A DNA stretch of 64,000 nucleotides from Vicugna vicugna (Eukaryota): NCBI GenBank assembly GCA_013265495.1, contig MU058034.1:1-64000 (forward strand). The letters are read 5' to 3'. Below the pieces are notes generated by a model. That model saw only the letters and a list, made by a program, of their open reading frames with translations. It made no database searches and was not told the DNA's origin. This document shows, piece after piece, positions 1 through 11,444 of the stretch. The translations under genes and the position numbers were made by a program. How positions within the stretch are numbered: the stretch's first letter is position 1; every line of letters begins with the position of its first letter.

Positions 1-39
1 TTTTTTTTTTTTTTCCAAAAGAAGGAAAATCATATCTGA

Positions 40-530
40 CTTGCATGATTGGGGGAAATTCCCAAGAGGAGAGACATTTGAGCGGATGTTGAATGACTGA
101 CAATGTCTGTAATTGGATGCATATGAAAGGCATTGGATGGAGAAAATCTGGGTGTGGAATGGTGATGTGAAGTTTGAAACATCTGAGGTATGTGTGGGAA
201 AAGGTAATCGGAGCAGAATAGGGCAGTGTTCTCTCACAAAAAGATCAAGCTGGATGGAAAACTGTAGCTCGGCTATAGACAATTGTTATTCTAGACTCAC
301 ACATTTGCACTTAATTCTTTAGATAGTATAGGGACATTAAAGGACCTTGTGGAATAAAGTGATGTAAGTAAAACCATGCTTCAGAAATATTATAATGGTT
401 ACAGAATTTAGGCTGGATGGAAAGGAGAGAATTACAGGAAGAGTTCATTATGTCTGCTCTTCCTAAGCCGAGACTGGTAGATGCCTTGGGCATTGAGCCA
501 TTTTAGAGGAGTCACTCATTCTTATGTGTA
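40..530 (-). mobile_element. Highly decayed L2 fragment
   Basis: Purine-rich tract with L2-like antisense motifs (gagacatttgagcggatgttgaatga). Boundaries approximate. Confidence 0.4.
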
Positions 531-800
531 TCACTTTATGAACAGAAAAGTCTTTTTTTACTAAAAAAAAAAAATACATTTTACCATTTTTTAAATGGTG
601 TATTTTTTCTAGTCTAGTGTTACTGGGAAGTATGAATTTATTTGAAAATACAGAATTCAGAACAGTTTTTATATAATTGTGAATTTTCTCAAAAGGTATT
701 AAAGTACAACTATTATTATGTAGGGGTTCAAATTGTCCCTTGACTTACTGACTTACTGATTGACTCGTGCATTTATCTTAGAAATATTTACTTTTAGAAA

Positions 801-1025
801 AGCATATTATAGTGGGTGAGTGTGGTTTCTGAAACCAGACTTTCTGAACTGGACCCTGAGGTCTCCCCCTTATTGACAGTAAGTGGTTTTGTTATTCATC
901 TCTCTAAATCACATTTTTCTCAGCTGCAAATTTGTAAAAACAATAGTCATTTCCCCTGATTCTTAAGAGGATTATGTAAGATTGTGAATATAAAGTACTC
1001 AGTTCAATACCAAATCCATAGTAAG
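801..1025 (+). mobile_element. MIR SINE
   Basis: Decayed MIR core (catctctctaaatcacatttttctcagctgcaaa) and a MIR-like 3' end (taaagtactcagttcaataccaaatccatagtaag). Confidence 0.6.
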
Positions 1026-2978
1026 ATAGGTTTTCTGACTGTTGGACAACGTTTGGTGGACATTACATAGTGACATCATTTAAAAACTGAAAAGCACACT
1101 CCGAAATCACTTCTCTAAAAATCTGCCTTGACATCCAGTGGCACTGAAACAAGATCAGAATGAGTAGATTTAAAATGATCATTTCCTCTTGTTTCCTTTG
1201 CTGGACTGAGAAGAATCACTTACTCGTATTCTTTTCCATTTCTTTGTACCTCCCTTTGAGTTAATAAATAGGAAAGCATTTATGATTCTTGGCCCAGATA
1301 CACTTCCTATTGTTTGCTGCCCCTTCCTTCATTCTCTCTTAGTTCTTGAGATGAGTGTTTCACAACTTTCGGACCATCACAGGCTTCTGTTTCTCTCTAA
1401 TCTATCATTCTGGCTTCTGAGAGCCTTCATGTGGAGAATGACTGGCCGTCACATCACACAGACTCTGATGAAGAAACTCACCTAGAAACTTGCAGTCACA
1501 CTGCATCCAGAAAAGGGTGACGGTCTTCAGACAACTCTGGCTTGCCTTGATGTTGCTACTTTAATGCTGGTAATCTACTGTCTCGATTTATGTGGAATAA
1601 GTTTATGAACGGAAAGCTAACCAAAATGCAAGAGGAATAGAAGTGTTGGATAATAAGCACCAGTAAGAACGCAAGAGAGGGATGGAGTGAGCCGTTTGAA
1701 AAAAGGATGGAAGTGACCTCTGCTGGGTTTGGTTCCTCAGAGTGAAAGACAAACCTAAAGCTACTGAATTGAGAAGGGGGAGAACAGACAATAACAAAAT
1801 GCTTCTATGCATGCTCTCTTCTTGCATTTATTTGCGGCAAAATTCTTTAAGTCCAAAAGGTTTATGGCAGAATTGAATGCCAATTTAACTATATGAACAT
1901 TGGCTTCAGTTCTTTAAACGTGAGTTGTAAGTACCGTTCCATTTATAGTTTGTCAGATGTTTGCTGTTTTATCTTTGTTTAAAGGAAGACTAATGGCTTC
2001 TTGGGTGATTTGTGCACACAGAGAACTGAATACCTTTACGTTTTGTTTCATTTGTCCCAAAACCACTTGGCTATTTCTGAATAAAGGAGGCTTTATTAGG
2101 AATGAAGGAAAAAAAGGTTGGGGGTTGGGGTAGGGAGAAAGAAACAAGAGGCTTAGTGTTTTATAAACCTGATTGCAAAGAAAATTTGGCATTCATCTCA
2201 AACCAGTGTGGTCTGTGCTTTACTTTGGTGAATTATGCTCATGTTTTTAGTCAGCAGAGTAGAGCACAGATCATCTGAAAAATGAAAAGCTTTACTACAT
2301 GTATTGTAAGAGATGCTCAGGTTTATCCTCCATCATCAGTCATACTTCCTTGCCAATATGCCTGCTGTCCTGGGAGAGGATGTCGTTAACCATTGATATA
2401 GAAGCACTCACTTAATTTAGTTACTACATTCTGTTGATTTTTATGGGTGGTGGGGGAACTGTTTAAAAAGGACCTTTCGGGTTGACAAATGTGCGCTGAT
2501 CTGCAGTGAGGGGCATTTTGAATGATTTTTCCCATCTCTAATCTTTTCTCCCCTCACCAGTTAGAAAAGTAGTCTATAATGCTTCAGGAATATGAGTATT
2601 TAAATCTTTATTGTAGGTTCCATTGTAGCAAGAAAAAAATGTAAATGGGCACACTTTATTTCCATAATTATTTTGCATAGTATTTTGGCTATCATCCTAG
2701 TGTTTATAGTCAATGTATTTTAACGCCACCTATGTTTCGGACAGCAGGCATGAAGCTCTGCTGGTTCATCTCTTGGAGAAATAAGATTGCCCCCTCCCAG
2801 AAGATAGCCATTTATAATATATGCACCTTTGAATAATTAAATGAGCTACTGAAGAGGAAAAGGATTCTAATCAGCTTTCAAACTGTGATTTTTCCATGCA
2901 CTGAATCATTCCTTTAAGAATACATTTCTCTTGGAGCATGTATAATTATGAAACTTTTTTTTTTTTCTATCTCGGTAG

Positions 2979-3093
2979 GAACTGGGAAGTAACAGCCCTC
3001 CACAGAGAAACTGGAAGGGAATTGCTATTGCCCTGCTGGTGATTTTAGTTGTATGCTCACTCATCACCATGTCAGTCATCCTCTTAACCCCAG
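2979..3093 (+). CDS. DPP10: DPP10 coding exon (equivalent to human exon 2): juxtamembrane segment and type II transmembrane anchor
   Basis: Poly-T/pyrimidine tract and TAG acceptor (2977-2978), donor CAG|GTAAT. 115 bp, phase 0 to phase 1. Translates [38 protein letters not shown], which I recognise as DPP10. Confidence 0.97.
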
Positions 3094-4829
3094 GTAATCT
3101 GTCTTTATTACTCTCTTATGATGGTATTGTGGATGATAATTTCACATTCAAATGCCTTAAGAGGGTCATCATATGTGGTATCTTAGGACACATTAGCATT
3201 GGTTGAAATAAAAAAAAACCTCATAACCAGACATTTTGCAAATGGCACAGTGATTTTATGGTTTAAATATCATGCAAGATATTTTGGGGAAGCTGAAATG
3301 TAAAGGATATATATTGAGAATGCCAAGGAGATGTTTGGTCTCCAGTGCTACTTCGAGACTCGTTATGTTTGTCAATTTAATAGGGGACATCTGACTTATA
3401 TTGTGGGTGGAGGTGAGGGAGTATGTTTCCATACATAGGAAATAGCCAACTGTAATGACAGTGGTGAAGGAGGATTTGACAGACAGAATTAGATCAAAAG
3501 AGAATGGGCTAAGCCTCTAAATATTAGCACCTCTACGTTCTTTCTCTTTTCCTTTTCTTTCTCTGTGGTTTCTACGTTCCCAGTTGCTCTCTGCCCAAGG
3601 ACCCTCTCCAAATTGCCCTTGCAATGCTCTTTACGATGTGCTCCTTGGGTTAAAGAGTTGCACACTGATATGTAGATTATCAGTAGGCTTTGTTCTTTGG
3701 GGATTCAATCAGTACTCAGAAGCTTTACTCCTCCTCAGTAGGTACTGGTATGAAAGGCAGAGAGGTTACTCCCACTTTAAACTCCAGCTGTCTTCCAAAA
3801 ACAAAGAATTGGCATGCCACTACAAGCTACCCAACTAGCTTGCTCAAAGACTGGTCACCATACGTGGCTCAGCGTTAGAATAAACAGTTGTCGCTGTGAC
3901 AGGACTGAGCTAGTCCCCAAGTCAGCTGAAGCTACCCAGCTCCAGCCGTTGTTAAACGCTGTGTATTTATAGTTCAGTTCCTGCCCCAGCTTTGTTATTT
4001 ATAAGCCCCTTAAACATGTTGAACTCATTTCCTCTTTACAACATGTGATTAACAGAAGCTCTCTTTTGGAGTCATTTAGTCAACTAGTTATGGTGACTAA
4101 TTATACAAATTGCAGTATCGGTTGTTCCAATATGGTACTTTGTGAAACACACCATCTTCGAAAAAAATTTTGGCTTTGAGATGTGTAAATTTCCAGAAAT
4201 ATAGTTTGTAGTTGTTATTTAACATATGAAGAGATTGAGAAAGAAATTAAGGGAGTCAGGAGAGAGGAAAGGGGAAAAGAAGAATGATTAAGAAACAGAA
4301 AGAAAGAAAAAAATTTCCCTGATAAGAGCTGGCTTATCCATCATTCTCTCCGGGAATCCTTTGTTAACCGGCTCATTTGTACATCTGCTGTACAGTGTAA
4401 CTGAGCAATATGATGGCTGTGAGTTCCTGCCAATTGCCAAGAATCTCTGTTAAAGGAAGATGAGCTTATGTTCAGTGTAGTGTTTCACTTAAACACAGGG
4501 ATTCTGACATGATTATTAAAGAATGAATGACTTGGTTTCACTGTCTTCTGTTGGTGACTGCTAACCAGATGGAAGAAACGAGTGTCAGAATGCCTGTGTG
4601 TGTCTCTTGAACTTTCTTCTGTCTGATTCTAGTTTCCTTTTCCCCAGGGACTTGCTCTGCTGCTATAGTGATTCTTTGATGTCTTTGAGAGTTTGGTATA
4701 ACCAAGACCTTACAGAGCTGGACACTCACTCAATTCAACCTCCTCTACCCAACCCTTTCTCAGTTGCCCCAGTATAAAAACACAGTATAGCTACATTCAT
4801 TTTGTCATGCACTTATTCATTTATGAAAG

Positions 4830-5015
4830 CAAGGGTTTAAACAAGACACACATTGGCTTGAGTTCTGACTCTGTAAGTTACTAGTTTTGTGAAGTTGACT
4901 AGTTACTTAACCTTTGTCTGTCATGTCACTCATCTGTGTGATGGGTGCAACTCTTAGTGCCGATTATACAGTGTTACTACCAGATGATAAAGTTGAGGTG
5001 TCTGGTACAGTGTGG
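4830..5015 (+). mobile_element. MIR SINE
   Basis: MIR core: ttactagttttgtgaagttgactagttacttaacctt...ctcatctgt. Confidence 0.65.
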
Positions 5016-6289
5016 GGAGCTGCTGCCGCCATCCCTCTTATTACTGCTACTGTTAAGTACTTACTGATCACCAGGCAGAATGCCACACACAGTGCTACAT
5101 GAGGGAGATTCCTAAGAAAGACTATAAAGTCTTCCAGGAATAGGGATCTTTTGTGATTTCAATGTTAAATGATGGCAGATGGAAAAGTACTAGATGTTGA
5201 ATCCGGAGTCAGCCTTTCAGTGGTCTGTTCATTTGTTCACACATCAGTAGACGGTTATGGAGTTCTTAACAGCTTCCTAGGTACTATGGGGGTTGGCCTT
5301 GCCACCCCCTACTTTATATCTGTCACTTCCAATCCCTTCTGCCCCAACTGTACAAACATACAACCACACACCCCTAACCCAGAGAGTTAATTTCATACAA
5401 GATAATCATACAAATGAAAGTGGCAATTATTATTTAGAATTACGGTTTCCCAAGGTTTTCCTACACACCACATATTCATATGTCTTTGGATTTCACTGTT
5501 ATTTTTGGCAGGGATGTTATGAAATGAAAAAGAAAAGTCAGCATGCTAGTGTGGAAAAAGCATTGCTACAGAAAGCAATCATCCGGTTACAGATACTCTC
5601 TGTTTGTAAACTCAGTGTCACCAGGGGCTGGAAGATAGTCTAAACAGATTAAGTGAGGAGGAGGGATGATGGTGGTTAGGAATCTGCTCAAGTTCTGAGC
5701 AGACAGACAGCAGCCTGGCTGCATGGCCTCACACCCTGCAGCAGAATGGGACAGAAGGCCAGGAGACCGACGGCTTCTGGCCCAAGGCCTGAGTCCTAAG
5801 CCTTGAAGTACTCTTAGAAGTTATCTGGTTTTGCCTCCCTCATCAGACAGGAAAAAACTTGAGTCTGTTTAACCTCTGGTTCTGAGGACTAGAATGTGCA
5901 TCAGGACCACTAGTGTGGACTTCGGGCTTGGCAGGTCTCTGGGCCTGGGCACGACTGTGGTAAGACCTCAGAGCGCTAACTGCACCGGGCCTTCCTGTTC
6001 TAACCCTCAGACTTGAGACCCCTCAGCAGTGTTAGAAGAGACCCCCCCCCAACCCCAGGGGAAAACCTCCAACGGAGGCGATAACAGGAAACATCCCCCT
6101 CTGATCTTCCCTTTGTCCACACATATGTCCCCAAGGCCCAGCTTTCTAGGTAAAGCCAGTTAGGCAAATGGCAACTTTCAACCAGGAAGGGAAGGAGAGG
6201 AAATTTCTGATCCTGAAATTATACAGCAAGACACTGGGCCTTTTAGAACAAAGGGCTGATTCTATAACAACCTTTCCAAGAAGGAGGAG

Positions 6290-6450
6290 GATCAGAAATC
6301 GTTATGCCTTCCTTTTCTAGCTATATGAACTTGGGCAAATCACTTACCTCCTTTGACCTTGACTGTTTTATTAAAGAAAATGGCATCTTTGGTTTGCCAA
6401 AATGTGAGGTGATCTCTCGAAGTTCATCACAGCTCTAATAGCTATGATCT
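6290..6450 (+). mobile_element. MIR/MIR3 SINE fragment
   Basis: Core agctatatgaacttgggcaaatcacttacctc. Confidence 0.55.
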
Positions 6451-7618
6451 AATCAAACAAGAGCATTAATAGTGTCATATTTAGTAATACACATAGCAAT
6501 AGACTAAATCTGGTAAGCTCTCTCACTAAGCCCCTTCTACCTTGAAAATATACTTAGTGGGGTTTTTTTTGGAGTGGGTGGGGGAGACAGCGTACAAAGA
6601 GTTGTCTAGTGTAAGAAAAGATTTAGAACCTGTTTTGCTCAAAATAGCATCCCATTTTGCAGGTAAGGGATGTAAGCCTATAACCAGAGAATCACATGTT
6701 CATTGTAATTTTGGTTTGATTGCAGATTTTATTACAGAAGTAATTTGATACAGGTGTCCTAATTTCCAAGATTGTCAGCAACTTCCCTGCCTGCCAAGAG
6801 AAGTCCTAATTATTTTTGAAGAGTGGGTTAAACCATTCAAGTATTTAATAAGGACCTATTTCTGAAAGAAAAAAAAATTTCATTCCATTTTATTTTCTCA
6901 TTAAAGGGCAGACTTATTTAGATGGATTGATCAAGCCCACATAGTTTTTGTTTGTATTAGATTCAAAGAAAAAAGAATATGTAACATGAGATCAATCATT
7001 ATACTCTACAAATATATGCGTGTACATTCATGCTGAAAGTTGTGGGAACTAATCTTAGTTAGCTATACATTTACTCTGCAGTCTCATATTTATTTTTTTA
7101 AGGTAGCAGGACCGTGAACATGGCCAGGAAACATTTCACACAGAATACAGTTACCCATTTTGATCTATTTTGAAATTAGAGATGTGTGTCTTATTAATTA
7201 GAATGTGTTCGGTAGAGGATATTCACCAAGCTCTTCAATCCGGTTGCCATGCTGAAATAGCCACCTGTAGGCTGTGTTTACTCCACCAATTCTTCAGCCA
7301 CAGTGGCCTGTTGCCCTTTGACTGGAGTCTGTAATCAGTCAGTGTCAACACAGGGTCATCAGGTTAATTCACTCTTATGGTTTACGAGAGACAACATGGT
7401 GAAGCACTGAAACTGTCTTCACTGTTAGCTCTAGATCTTGCTTGTAGGCTTTTTTTTTTTTATTCCTTTAGTACCTTCTCTAGGTGAGCATCTTGGGTCG
7501 ATCTTCATAGGTCTATTAGAGCATAAAAGAAGTCAAGCATTCATGTATGAGACATGTCAACTGAAAAATGAAAAAGCACAATGTGAGTGTTGTGAGTTAA
7601 GGGGTTGTTTTTGGTGTA

Positions 7619-7858
7619 TTTTTTTTACACCTTTATTGTGGCATGATTCCTGTACTATAAACTATACATATTTTAGATGAACAATCTAATAAATTTTGAT
7701 AAATGTATACACCCATGAAACCACCACCACAATCAAGATAGCTAACATTTCCATCACTCCCCAAGAGGTGCAGTTTTCAAATTCCTAGTTTATCCCTTCC
7801 CACCCCCTCTACCCTCTGGTAACCAGTAGTTTGTTCTCTATGTCTGTGAGTCTGTTTC
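7619..7858 (-). mobile_element. L1 3' UTR fragment ('family A'); a further remnant lies at about 8132-8160
   Basis: Poly-T 7619-7626 and AATAAA on the minus strand (7632-7637). The reverse complement closely matches the L1 3' end at about 33780-33935. Confidence 0.85.
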
Positions 7859-8131
7859 TTTTTTTTTTTAATTGAAGTACAGTCAATTACAATGTGTCAA
7901 TTTCTGGTGTACAGCATGATGTCCCAGTCTTGCATATGCATACATATATTCGTTTTTATTTTATTCCATTAAAGGTTATTACAAGATATAGAGGATAGTT
8001 CCCTGTGCTATAAAGAAGAAACTTTTTTTAAATCTGTTTTTTATATATAGTGGCTAACATTTGTAAATCTCAAACTCCCAAATTTATCCCCTCCCACCCC
8101 TTTCCCCAGTAACCATGAGATTGTTTACTAT
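7859..8131 (-). mobile_element. L1 3' UTR fragment ('family B', camelid-type)
   Basis: Poly-T 7859-7869. The reverse complement matches the 3' UTRs at about 41550-41815 and 49390-49650. Confidence 0.9.
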
Positions 8132-10044
8132 GTCTGTTTTTGCTTTGTAGATAAGTTCATAACCTGGGAGACAGCATCTCAGATAGCTCTGAGAAAGTGC
8201 TTTGAAGAGGCAGGGGGAGCTCAGTATTCTGATTTCAGTGAAGGGGCGATGTGCAGTTAAGCACACATTTTGGCAGAGGCTTGCTCTTGGTCACGAGGAG
8301 GAGATGACATTGTTAATGACTTTGGTGCTTTTTTAGATATGAGGAGACACAAGAATTTGGGCTCATAAAATCTTCTCCTGAAATATCTAATTATCTGAAG
8401 GCCTGTTCTGCCAGTTTTCTCAGAGCACACGGTGCCTCATTCCTGATCTCCACCCTGGACTCTTCAGAGAGTGTTGAAGGTTAGCAACTGCAGTGACTTG
8501 TGACTTAATCCTTGTAGAGGCAAATGGCAAGTGACAGTTTTTAGTTGGCAACATCAGAATTCTGCTTAATCTCAGTTAAACAATCATGTAATAGGGATTG
8601 TCCAGTTCCATTATAGAGGCTTTATTTTCCCTTCTAGAGTTATCCTTGATAGTAAAACTTTTACACTCGATTTCATTTTGGGAAAGAATTTATACAGGTT
8701 GATATTGCCACTGTGATGTTGACGGCTAGGTAAGTCTTTAATGTTAGAGGAGGATCTGATCCATGAAGTTGGGCTCAAATTGTTCATTTGAGCCAAAATT
8801 TAGAACCAGGGAAGTAGAGGGAACCCAAGAAATTTAGGGAACCCTTTCTGGAAAGGAAAACAAAACAAAACAAAATTAAGTTAACATTTAAGGATGTGTG
8901 TCTTAATTTGAAGAACTACAAACTTGTGTATATTTTACAAAGGGAGTGCCCAATCATCTCATTTATTCCTCATAAGAAACCACTTAAAGAAGGTAGAGTT
9001 GTTTTCTGGATGGTAGGTCTAAGGCCAGCAGAATTTCGATGACTTAGGTATACCTAGTTTGCGGAGAACTTACAGCAGATAGTGATTGAGGTGACCTTGC
9101 TATCAGACTGACTTCAGTTCATGTCCTTGCCTTGATATGTGTCTGCAAGTATGACTTTGGGGCAAAAAGATCTTTCTTCCTATTGTCTTAGACATCAGGA
9201 TTTTTAAAAAAAGAATGATTTGACCCTTTTAAATGAGGTTTGGAAAAGATTAATCTGTCTCTATTTATAAAAATTTTTTTCCCAATAAACAGTTGATAAA
9301 ATTCAGTACTTTATTGGACTGGTGACAGCTGGTTTGTTATTGTTATGCAAAAACTCAAAATGAATTTATTCTGGTTACCATTATGTTCTACAAAAATAAT
9401 AGCTCCTGGTTAGAGTTAGTTAAAATGTCATGTTATATTCTGTTGCGAGCAATCTCTTGGCAGCTGTAATTTAAAAGGTGTCATTTAAGCATCTGACCTG
9501 TGTTTTAAAGTGTCAAAGCAACAATTAAACTATCCCATTATGCCTTTATGAGGGGGGAAATAATGTTTTACAGATTTTGAGATTTGCAGTACTTACTTGT
9601 AAACATCAACATCGACCAAGATGCAAATCGTTTATTTTATTTTGTTGAATTAAAAAAGGAGCTATGTTGTATTGGCACACATAAGCTAAATTGCCTCTGC
9701 TTGTTTTTCCAAGAAACCACACAGATGAACACATTTGAATATGGTATTATCCAGACATAATCAGGCTGCCAAAGAGAAAACAATGACAGATTCTAACAGT
9801 TTCCTCCCAGATAACACGGAAGGCTGTTGCTTTTCTAACAGATTTATCTCTTATGTTGAATGAAAAATAATTTTCTCTGGAACAAATGAAGTAAGAGTAG
9901 TTATGTATTTTTTGTCTTTGCTTTTTAGTGGCATTTCTATTTTTAAGTCAGATTTTATTTCCTCACTTATTTTCATCTTTTTGTATGGCCCAATCAGATA
10001 AATCATGGATTTAGTTTACATTAGACAGAAGAGAATCTGTTAAT

Positions 10045-10255
10045 AAGTAACATTAATTTATTATCGGCTTGTTATATGACAGGAATTGTATTCCATAATA
10101 AAATGTACTAATCTATTTATCCTTACACAACTAACATGAACTCTCTACTATTATCTTATTCATAGTCTACATTGTTCAGGTAAGTCATGCAAGTTAAGTT
10201 GCCTGTCACACAACTAGAACATGGGGAGGCTGGGTTCCTGTCCCTGGCCCTTCTG
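10045..10255 (-). mobile_element. MIR SINE
   Basis: Antisense MIR core gttaagttgcctgtcacacaactag...ggctgggttc. Confidence 0.55.
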
Positions 10256-11444
10256 TCTTTAATCTTTGAATTACAGTTAAAGATCTATATTATACGTATG
10301 GAAACGTGGGCAGAAACATTTCAGAAAAAAAAAAAGAGAAAAATGAACTCTGCTTTATTCTGATTTTTTTTTCTTTCTTTTAATGATTGAATTAATGCTG
10401 TGTATTCCTAAAAGGGAATGCAAAGCAAAGGAGAAATTTAAGCTGGGGTGAACCAGAGGTAGACGAGGAGGAAGGGACAGAACCAGGCAACTGAAAAGTT
10501 TACATGTATTCTCTCTCAGCTATCATATTTTTTTCTGAGACTTCAAATACTCATGATAAAATATAAGTGAATATTTTCTTTCCTAAATCACATCGTATAA
10601 AAATTAATTACAGGTCACTGTACAACTTTAAATATGCCATATTTTTTATTTGCCTTCTTTTAATAGAAATATTTACTTTAGGAATATGATAGCCTGGCCT
10701 TGAAAATGGGAGATCAAGATAGCCTGGTCCTTGAGAAGCAAAGTTTCCTTAGGAGAGGAGGTTGCATCCAATTTCCCCTCCTCCTGGAAAAAAAAATTAA
10801 CATGCATTTGCTTCCTGTATTTGTGAAAGGGGATATTTTAATATGCAATTATCTGCCAGGGACTTTAAAATCCAATTCCTTGGCTTTGAAGTGTAACTGA
10901 AGCCACCTCATTCCAGAGTTCATTTATTAGGTCTAAGAAGATACAGTATCTGTAAAAATAAATTACCTTTAAGTTAAAACAGTATTTTAAACTAAATAAT
11001 CTCTCACTTTCTGCCATCCTCTGGAAATTGAAAATTTAGCTGGAGCAATTTCAATGCTTGTTAATTGTTTTGGCTTATTTTTTCACACTCTCTTGGTCTA
11101 AGATTGTTCATTTGAATGTAAAATCCAGCTGGGAAAATTCTCTGGAAAAACTGGAATCAATGAAATTAGAAAACATCCTTACTTAAATAGAAGACTGTGC
11201 CTTCAATCTGTACATAATTTGACTCTTGCATGGGGTGTAGAAGGTCTCTGATCCTAGACTTGTAGCCTACCCTGCTTTCTCGGGGACAGCATCAGTAATT
11301 ATATCGCGTTAGAAAAACAAACCTGATGAATTCTACTTTTTTGTACGGGTTACAATTCAGCATTTAGGAGTTTTAGTTACTTGAATTACCTCTTCTTAAC
11401 ACATTCACTATCTTTCTTCTTTGACTGAAATTCTTGTGCTGATA

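Larger units (their letters stand above)
7555..8550 (-). mobile_element. Solo ERV1-class LTR (resembles artiodactyl MER41-like LTRs), split by nested L1 fragments; LTR sequence at about 7555-7612 and 8161-8550
   Basis: TG...CA ends with imperfect inverted termini (tgtcaact / agttggca) and ACA on both flanks. Motif cctgggagacagcatctcagatagctctgagaaa is typical of this LTR group. Confidence 0.75.

Noticed and set aside
2979..3093. DPP6 as an alternative identity
   Set aside because: The paralog shares [14 protein letters not shown], but [23 protein letters not shown] and the next exon DELTNSSETRLSLEDLF match DPP10 as I recall it.
7243..7281. RFX half-site, E-box and FOX motif cluster
   Set aside because: Only short motifs and an incomplete X-box, with no independent support.
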